NCBI GenBank assembly: GCA_049700215.1
Contig: JBNAVT010000038.1
Location: 1 to 14,573 of the forward strand
From: Thermoproteota archaeon
GTDB taxonomy: Archaea; Thermoproteota; EX4484-205; JAAOZP01
Direction of reading: 5' to 3'
DNA: 14,573 nucleotides
The notes beneath the pieces are model-generated. The model worked only from the letters and a program-made list of their open reading frames with translations, did no database searches and was not told the origin of the DNA. Positions 8,142 through 14,573 of this stretch are shown here, in pieces. The position numbers were made by a program, and so were the translations under genes. The number at the start of each line of letters is the position of its first letter. Positions within the stretch are counted from its first letter, which is position 1.

Positions 8142-8154
8142 AAAAACTTATAAG
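8142..8154 (+). promoter_or_regulatory. BRE/TATA promoter for the 1517-aa gene
   Basis: AAAAACTTATAAG ends 29 nt upstream of ATG 8183. Confidence 0.6.
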
Positions 8155-8182
8155 CCAGCATGCTTCCGTTTTCACAAAAGAC

Positions 8183-11100
8183 ATGGCTAGCAGAATTAAG
8201 ATCATGTCGATATTTCTTCTCTCCCTATCCGTCCTCTTAATATCGTCTGCACAGGTTCCAGCGCTCTCTGGGCAGCAGTATTCCACGTCTTTAAAGCCTG
8301 ATTTGAATCCTACTTTAAACGGCCCTGTTTCAGCTGACGAAGAACTGTTTCCGATAGACACGGCTTGGATGAGCCGGTTTGTAACAGAAGTGTCTTCCTA
8401 TGGCTCTAGGATGACTGGTTACCAGGGCTACTACAAGACACTGGAATATCTTTACACTTATCTTAAGAATGATCTGGGGATAACGACCCAGAAACACAAG
8501 TATAAGGTACTGGTGCCCTACGACGAGGAGACCTATGTCGAGGCTTTAGAGCCTTTTAAAGCCAGGTTTAACGCTTACGCGCTCTATCCTAACGGTGTCA
8601 ACCCTTGCCCAACCCCCTCCGGTGGGATAGTTGGAAGCCTGATTTACGCTGGGGGAGGCGACTTGCAGGAGTTAGACGGGAGGAATGTGGAGGGGAGCAT
8701 AGTTGCTATGGAGTTTAATTCCCGGGACAACTGGCTTAAGGTGGTTAACCTTGGAGCCGAGGCAATCATATTCATAGAGCCGGAGCAGACAACCTATCAG
8801 GAGTGCTACGCTAAATTCCTAGACACCCCCATGGGTTTCACGAGGGTCTACGTTAAGAAGCAGGATTGGGATGTTTTGAAAGCCGCCACCCGGGTTAAGA
8901 TCGTTTCCCGAATGGCTTGGAGGGAGGTTGAGGCGGAGAACATAGTTGGTTTTGTAAATGGCACGGCTGTGCCTAACGAGGTCGTCATACTGTCTGCGCA
9001 TTTCGACTCGTGGTCTGTTGTCCCCGGCTTGGCGGCGAGCAAGACTGAGCTGCTACCCTTAGCTCTATTGCTCGAGTATGCCCGTCACCTCAAGGCCAAC
9101 CCGCCTAGGTATTCAGTATGGATAACGCTTTACTCCGGACACTGGCAGGCGCTAAGCGGCTCGAGAGAGTTTGTCGAGGACTATTTTTTCAGGGAGGATG
9201 TGGGCAGTGGGAAGATAACGATTCTCGGAAACATAAACTTCGACCTTATGGCGAGCGACTCCGACGGCCTGCAGCTTCTTCACGCAAGCCAGTACTCAAC
9301 CTACGGCGGGACCTCTATACATAGCGGCGGCTTCCCGCTTAGGCTCTCCTGGTTTAGCACAACGATAGGGAGCATGGTTGACACGCCTGAAGTCAGAGGC
9401 TTCGCGAGGAGGATGCCGAACATTAACGTTTCAGCCCCATCAAGCGCATTCATCTCCTCGCTTGTAAGCATCTTCTTCCAGTACAACGGTTTTTCAGGCA
9501 CGGAGCCCATCCCGTTTATGCTGGATTCGGAGCCTGCTTCGATCGCGGGCATACCTGCGTTCTCCATAACAACCAGGCGTTCAAACAGGATTTACGTGGG
9601 CTCTCCCATAGATGATTCGAACTACGCTGACGTATACGTTTTAGACCCGTACTTCCAACTCATCCTCCATATTGTTGACAGCCTTCTACGGATGGAGTGG
9701 AGTATCGATAGGGCCTCGATCAAGCCGACAAGGTTTCTGCTTTCAAACACGAGAGCATACCCGGGGTATGCTGCTCTTCAGGGCCGAGTTGTTATCTATA
9801 ACTATAGTAAAGGATGGTACGACGGGGTTCCCGGCGCTCTGGTTGAAGTGAGACTGGTTACTTCAACCTACAAGCTTAACAGGATAGTTATGAAAAGCGG
9901 TGAGGACGGGTCTTTCACTGTTCACGGAGTGCCTATTTCCGGCGCAGCCGGGGGAGGGGGGACTGCAGTAATATTCTCGAGATGGATAGCCAGGGGATGG
10001 GTGTTCAACGACGAGGGCATTATCACGATGGCTACTGACCTAGGGCAGTTCGGCATGATGAACTTCCCGCTTGAGATAACTGTCCTACACGCTTACGAGA
10101 ATGTTACTGTAGTTATTGCTAAAGCGGTTTCCGTGGAGGTGTTGGACTTCGAAATCCCAACCGTCATAATGACGCCCAGCATAATTGATCCTAGGGCCGG
10201 CGCATTCGAAATGTGGAGGAGCCCGCCTCAACCGGTTACAGTGTTCTCATTCGAGACGCTTACTAAGAGTCCGCCGATAAGCTACGGCTACTATTCCAAC
10301 GGCTGGGAGCCTGTTTCAATAGTGTGGGTTCAGCCGGGGATAAGGTTCGTAGTCGCCAGCCCGACTGGGATACTTTTAACGAATTCTTCGCTTGAAAACA
10401 CGGAGGGAAGCGGTTTATACGTGGAATATGGGGAGAGGGAAAGGATCCGTTTCTCTACTTTCAGTACTGCTAAAGACCTTTACTATGTTTCATACGGCCG
10501 GTATCTTGAGCTGGTTAAGAGAAACATGGGGAGCCCGAGCGCGGATGAAACCCTGAATAAGGCTAGGAAATACATAGAGGAGGTTGAGAAGCGTTTAGCT
10601 AAGAGGGAGTATAGCGGCATGTATGCTTATGCTCTTCTGGCTAGGGCCTACGCAATTAGAGCGTACTCTGTGGAAGTCATGCCTTTGATAAACGATTCGG
10701 CGAAGTCTCTTCTCTACATGTTTATCCTCGTCATATTCGGCGCCTTCTTCCTTGAGAAGCTTGTCATCCGGGCACGCGGCTCTAGGCGCATTATTGCTAT
10801 AGCTATTCTGGCAGCAATATTCCTAGCGTTGTTCAGCGTTCTGCACCCGGCATTCGGGTTGATGAGCAATATATCCCTAGGCATGATGGGCTCGCTAATA
10901 CTGATCGTCATCATCATAGTGTTCATAATAATACTTTCGATAAGCGAGGAGGTTAGGAAAGGCATCGAGAAACGTGTCCTCGGTGTTCACAGGGCTGAAG
11001 TAAGCAGGCTCGACACGGCGATGATCTCCTTCTCTCTAGGGAGTGAGCATATGCGCCGCAGGCCTTTCCGCGCAATACTGGTTTTCATAACGTTGATCAC

Positions 11101-12736
11101 TATGGTTGTAGCAATGACTTCCTTCACCTCGCTGATGCCTGGGAGGGTAACAGTGCCGGTAACCAGGTATGGGTATGAGTGTAACTCCTACAGGGATGAG
11201 ATCCTCATAAAGCAGGGGAGAGGTGTTCCCCCGAACATTCTTTCAGACAAGGTTCTAGACATCACGAAAATATTTGCTACAGACAAATACTATGTTTTCC
11301 CGAGAGTATGGATTTACGGCCCAGTGGATAGGGCTGCATGGACCACCTCCTTCAGGGTGTGGAGTGCAACCAACACTTCGAGAGTTCCTGCAATAATGGG
11401 GATGACTGTGGAGGAGTTCAACCGGATCGTGAGGGGCACCTGCATCGTGAGGGGTGGGCTGCTTTCCGACGACGCTGATCAGGCGGTCATATCTAGGTCG
11501 CTGGCAACCAACTTGAGCGTAACAATAGGGGACACTATTTACGTTTCAGGCATCCGGTTCACGGTGACTGGAATAATTGATTCAAACGAGGTTGATTTCC
11601 TGCAGGAGGCTGATGGATACAATATTTTCCCGGCTAACCCGAGTTTCTTCCCGACTATAAGCAGGGACATGGCTGTCTCTGCTCAAGCCGGCTCTTCTCC
11701 TCCAAACCTCGGTGTCTCAACAACAATGATAATACCTTACAAGAGGGCGCTGATGATCGGGGGATACATTTCTTCAATAGCCTTAGTGCCGAAGGAAAAA
11801 CTGTCCTTCGAAGAGATATTCAGCCTAGCTAAGGAGCTGGCCTACTCCCTAGACTTGTCAATATACGTTTCCCACGAGGGGAAGCCGTATCTGCTTTCAA
11901 CCTTCACCACGGTTTTGCTCGGAGGGTGGGAAATAATATGGATGATAGTTATCCTGGGGGCGCTCAACATATTTACCACGGTGCTGGGCAGCCTTAGGGA
12001 GCGTGTTAGGGAAGTCCACGTTTTCAGCATCGTCGGCCTATCCCCCATGGGTGTAACCGTTTTCTTCATGACGGAGGTTCTGGTCTATGCTATAATAAGC
12101 GCTTTAGTAGGGTATATTGCTGGATACTTCATGACGAGGGTCTTCATGCTTCTCGGAATACTGCCCTCTGAACACGTTTTCAACTTCGCCTCAGCATTCG
12201 CAATATTAGGAACCCTGGTGACGATGGCGTCAGCCCTAGCAGCAGCCGCATACCCTTCCTACATAGCTTCGAAAGTGGCCACGCCCTCGCTTGAGAGAAG
12301 ATGGAAGTTTAAGACTAAGCCTAAGGGGAACGAGTGGGACATTCCCCTGCTCATAAGCGTTTCGACAATCGAGGAGGGAAGAGGGCTTTTAGCATATTTA
12401 CACGAGTATTTCGCGGGTGCGGGGGCCGTGAAAGAGGGTGTTCACATGGTTAAGGAGCTGCAGCCTCCGAACTACGAGGACCTATCGTTAAGCTTGACAG
12501 TCAGCCTCTCGCCGTTCGAAGTAGGTGTTTCTCAAAGAGTTGATATTGCTGCAAGGCTGAACGAGGAGGTGAAAAGATACGATGTTATGCTCCACCTGGA
12601 GAGGCTTACGGGGCCGCAGAGCACATGGGTAACTTCAAACTACAGGTTCGTAAACGAGTTGAGGAAACAGCTAATAATGTGGGGGTCCTTCTCAGCGGCT
12701 GAGAAAGCAAGCTACATATCTATGGCAAAAGCGTAG
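8183..12736 (+). CDS. Large multidomain membrane protein: signal peptide, M28-peptidase-like fold with PA insert, beta-sandwich, TM bundle, MacB/FtsX-like permease
   Basis: Signal peptide; SRMTGYQG; PA-like GSLIYAGGG...VEGSIVAM...GAEAIIFIE; NIVG...VILSAHFDS; NFDL; carboxypeptidase-regulatory-like GRVV...VPGALVEV...SGEDGSFTVHGVP. Three TMs (about 10710-10940), RRPFRAILVFITL TM, MacB-like AVISRSLATNLSVTIGDTI...FTVTGII, and FtsX-like SLRERVREV.VFSIVGLSP..V...FMTE...GYIAG...AAAYPSYIASKV.P. Confidence 0.88.
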   Translation: MASRIKIMSIFLLSLSVLLISSAQVPALSGQQYSTSLKPDLNPTLNGPVSADEELFPIDTAWMSRFVTEVSSYGSRMTGYQGYYKTLEYLYTYLKNDLGITTQKHKYKVLVPYDEETYVEALEPFKARFNAYALYPNGVNPCPTPSGGIVGSLIYAGGGDLQELDGRNVEGSIVAMEFNSRDNWLKVVNLGAEAIIFIEPEQTTYQECYAKFLDTPMGFTRVYVKKQDWDVLKAATRVKIVSRMAWREVEAENIVGFVNGTAVPNEVVILSAHFDSWSVVPGLAASKTELLPLALLLEYARHLKANPPRYSVWITLYSGHWQALSGSREFVEDYFFREDVGSGKITILGNINFDLMASDSDGLQLLHASQYSTYGGTSIHSGGFPLRLSWFSTTIGSMVDTPEVRGFARRMPNINVSAPSSAFISSLVSIFFQYNGFSGTEPIPFMLDSEPASIAGIPAFSITTRRSNRIYVGSPIDDSNYADVYVLDPYFQLILHIVDSLLRMEWSIDRASIKPTRFLLSNTRAYPGYAALQGRVVIYNYSKGWYDGVPGALVEVRLVTSTYKLNRIVMKSGEDGSFTVHGVPISGAAGGGGTAVIFSRWIARGWVFNDEGIITMATDLGQFGMMNFPLEITVLHAYENVTVVIAKAVSVEVLDFEIPTVIMTPSIIDPRAGAFEMWRSPPQPVTVFSFETLTKSPPISYGYYSNGWEPVSIVWVQPGIRFVVASPTGILLTNSSLENTEGSGLYVEYGERERIRFSTFSTAKDLYYVSYGRYLELVKRNMGSPSADETLNKARKYIEEVEKRLAKREYSGMYAYALLARAYAIRAYSVEVMPLINDSAKSLLYMFILVIFGAFFLEKLVIRARGSRRIIAIAILAAIFLALFSVLHPAFGLMSNISLGMMGSLILIVIIIVFIIILSISEEVRKGIEKRVLGVHRAEVSRLDTAMISFSLGSEHMRRRPFRAILVFITLITMVVAMTSFTSLMPGRVTVPVTRYGYECNSYRDEILIKQGRGVPPNILSDKVLDITKIFATDKYYVFPRVWIYGPVDRAAWTTSFRVWSATNTSRVPAIMGMTVEEFNRIVRGTCIVRGGLLSDDADQAVISRSLATNLSVTIGDTIYVSGIRFTVTGIIDSNEVDFLQEADGYNIFPANPSFFPTISRDMAVSAQAGSSPPNLGVSTTMIIPYKRALMIGGYISSIALVPKEKLSFEEIFSLAKELAYSLDLSIYVSHEGKPYLLSTFTTVLLGGWEIIWMIVILGALNIFTTVLGSLRERVREVHVFSIVGLSPMGVTVFFMTEVLVYAIISALVGYIAGYFMTRVFMLLGILPSEHVFNFASAFAILGTLVTMASALAAAAYPSYIASKVATPSLERRWKFKTKPKGNEWDIPLLISVSTIEEGRGLLAYLHEYFAGAGAVKEGVHMVKELQPPNYEDLSLSLTVSLSPFEVGVSQRVDIAARLNEEVKRYDVMLHLERLTGPQSTWVTSNYRFVNELRKQLIMWGSFSAAEKASYISMAKA

Positions 12737-13379
12737 TGTAAGTATACTCCTCTATTTTCTTAAGCAGGCTAATAACGGTGAGGAATGCTCTCTGAACCAC
12801 TCCTGCAGACTGGAGACCATACAGCATGTGCATCCTCACGATCCAAGCTATGGATTGAGGCACCTCCACGTATTTTTTAACCAGGCTGCTGGTCATCAGC
12901 CCTCTGTCTGAAGTCATCAAGTATGTTTCGAACAGTTCAACCGGTATGATGGATGGGAAGATTTCTATTAAGTCGCCTCCCCCCTTCCTAACCAGTTCCT
13001 CAACATCCCTGCTCCTGACTATTCGCATAATACCCTCCTCCTCAGGCATGTTTATCCCGGTTAGTGATGAGAGTCCACTCCACCTGCTTGCCTTCACGCT
13101 TCTCCTTAAAACCCCTTTCAACTCCAGTTCCACAGACTCTGAAAGCATCCTTCTTAAAAGCTGGCGCTTATCGTGTTTTTCAAGCCTTTTCTCAGGTATT
13201 TCAAGCACACCGGTCATTTCGAACTTCCTTTCGAAGCTGAACTGCATCCTTCTCACGAGGATAATCAGCCTTATTTGCGGGTTTTCAATAGGCTTTACAA
13301 CGAGGTTTCCCCTCCCTGTTTCCTCGAAAGACACTTCATACTTTTCAAGCGCCTTCTCCACGCTCTGAACCCAGGACAT
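12720..13379 (-). CDS. Hypothetical soluble protein (219 aa)
   Basis: ATG start, E/K/R-rich composition like neighbouring genes, TATA-like TTTATTTG about 26 nt upstream (13412-13405); fills the gap between two confident genes. No motif recognised. Confidence 0.75.
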   Translation of the reverse strand: MSWVQSVEKALEKYEVSFEETGRGNLVVKPIENPQIRLIILVRRMQFSFERKFEMTGVLEIPEKRLEKHDKRQLLRRMLSESVELELKGVLRRSVKASRWSGLSSLTGINMPEEEGIMRIVRSRDVEELVRKGGGDLIEIFPSIIPVELFETYLMTSDRGLMTSSLVKKYVEVPQSIAWIVRMHMLYGLQSAGVVQRAFLTVISLLKKIEEYTYTTLLP

Positions 13380-13505
13380 TACCCTTACGCCTGCGAATTT
13401 TCACCAAATAAATCTAACTTGGGAAGTGAAAGGGGTTGCATAGCCATCCGTGGGTTTTTACACCCATTTTAAAGTCTTGATGCTATGAAACGGATGTTTA
13501 CATGC

Positions 13506-13549
13506 GTAAAGTTTAAATTTTGCAAATGTATAACATAAACGAAGGTGAA
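13506..13549 (+). promoter_or_regulatory. BRE/TATA promoter and SD for the second OPT-like gene
   Basis: GTAAAG-TTTAAATT (13506-13519), then AGGTGA (13543-13548) 7 nt before ATG 13556. Confidence 0.65.
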
Positions 13550-13555
13550 AACATT

Positions 13556-14573
13556 ATGGCTACGGAAGTAGAGCTTAGAACAGGTTTAACGGCAAAATCA
13601 CTCGCCGTCTCCATCCCTCTGGCAATATTTTTCGCCTACATGTCGGTTGTGGTAGGCCTTTACACTGACAAGACGTCCACATTCGGTACTTTCATCCTAC
13701 CTATGGTGTACTTAGTTGTGATATTCGAACTCCTGGGGAGAGCCAACCCTAAGATGAGGCTGACGCCCCAGGAGTTGGTTTTCGTATTCTCAGTCATCTC
13801 GTTCCTAGGGATGCACTCCTACCTAACGATGCATGCTGCAGCCCACAACAATCCTTTAAGCATGCCCGTGTACGGTGCTCTCAGCGACTACGAAGCTTTC
13901 TCGATAGACAGTTTGAGGGACTACTGGAGCAGGGCTGTCCCCGCCGTAATAATTGCTCCTGAGCCGATACGCTTCGAGATCGCCACGATGCTGATGAACG
14001 GTAAGGCTCCTGGGCAAGCTGTTCCATGGGGTTACATAATGAACGCAATAATATACTGGGGCCTCGTCTACATGTTCTACGCCTTCATAAGCATATTCGT
14101 CACGTTCGTCTTCGGCAAGGTCTGGGTCGAGGAGGAGAGGCTGATCTTCCCGCTGGCTGTTCCGTCTCTTTACCTGTTCAGGGAAGCGGGTGAGGTGGAT
14201 CCCACTACCAACAAGTCTAGGCTCTTCAACTTCAAGGTTCCAACATCAAAGATTTTCTGGGGCATGTTCGTAATAGGCATGATAAGCGGAATACAGCCCT
14301 TGATAGCTGAGCTCTGGCCGGAGTTCCCAGCGTCCGCATGGTGGGGCGAGCAGAATGTGAACCTGCCTTTCCTCGCCGCGCTCTGGCCAGGAATATATGC
14401 TTCAGCAATATTCTTCATACCTCAGATAGCCGTGGGGCTGGTCATGCCTAACGACGCTCTGATAACACTGATACTCGGCTGGATCATCTTCGGCGTGCTC
14501 TACCAGGGCATAGGCGTGAGCATGGGTATTGTCGCATACCAGGCTGGAATGGAGTACGTCTGGCCTTGGGAAC
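13556..14573 (+). CDS. Second OPT-superfamily-like (DUF6785-like) polytopic membrane protein, 3'-partial; absent from the ORF track
   Basis: Manual translation is open for 339 codons to the window edge: MATEVELRTGLTAKSLAVSIPLAIFF...RLTPQELVFVFS...VPWG...WVEEERLIFPLAVP...KIFWGMFVIG...LGWIIFGVLYQ. Has an SD and TATA. Motifs are collinear with the 6168-8105 protein. Confidence 0.88.
   Translation, partial: MATEVELRTGLTAKSLAVSIPLAIFFAYMSVVVGLYTDKTSTFGTFILPMVYLVVIFELLGRANPKMRLTPQELVFVFSVISFLGMHSYLTMHAAAHNNPLSMPVYGALSDYEAFSIDSLRDYWSRAVPAVIIAPEPIRFEIATMLMNGKAPGQAVPWGYIMNAIIYWGLVYMFYAFISIFVTFVFGKVWVEEERLIFPLAVPSLYLFREAGEVDPTTNKSRLFNFKVPTSKIFWGMFVIGMISGIQPLIAELWPEFPASAWWGEQNVNLPFLAALWPGIYASAIFFIPQIAVGLVMPNDALITLILGWIIFGVLYQGIGVSMGIVAYQAGMEYVWPWE

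Noticed and set aside
13420-13500. tRNA or C/D-box sRNA in the divergent spacer
   Set aside because: No cloverleaf or T-loop GTTCRA, and no convincing RUGAUGA/CUGA box pair.
208-14418. Short ORFs overlapping the main genes (e.g. 208-477, 2595-3081, 3444-5855, 6052-6540, 6958-8361, 8819-12069, 12946-13472, 14170-14418)
   Set aside because: They are antisense or alternate-frame shadows of well-supported genes, with no motifs or translation signals.
1-14573. CRISPR array, IS element, integrase or long direct repeats
   Set aside because: No regularly spaced repeats, terminal inverted repeats or transposase/integrase motifs were seen by eye; a self dot-plot would be needed to exclude weak repeats.

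Overview
Archaeal-looking chromosomal window (BRE/TATA promoters, GGAGGT/GAGGTGA Shine-Dalgarno sites, an archaeal-type single-domain KaiC; probably a TACK-type lineage, which is inference). Left to right: a 5'-truncated RraA/HMG-aldolase-family gene, a PPC/DUF296 gene and cutA; a decayed winged-helix + membrane-anchor pseudogene; a translationally coupled KaiC-like ATPase + archaeo-eukaryotic primase (AEP)-like gene pair; an exported GH148-like glycoside hydrolase with a CBM4-like module inserted in its catalytic barrel; and a large membrane-system cluster. That cluster holds an OPT-superfamily-like transporter divergent from a 1517-aa fusion (M28-peptidase fold with PA insert and degenerate active site + beta-sandwich + MacB/FtsX permease), a 219-aa hypothetical, and a second, paralogous OPT/DUF6785-like membrane protein that runs off the window end and is missing from the ORF track. 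This cluster and the KaiC-AEP pair are the best candidates for undescribed systems. No RNA genes, CRISPR arrays or mobile elements were seen. All family calls are by motif recognition, not database search.
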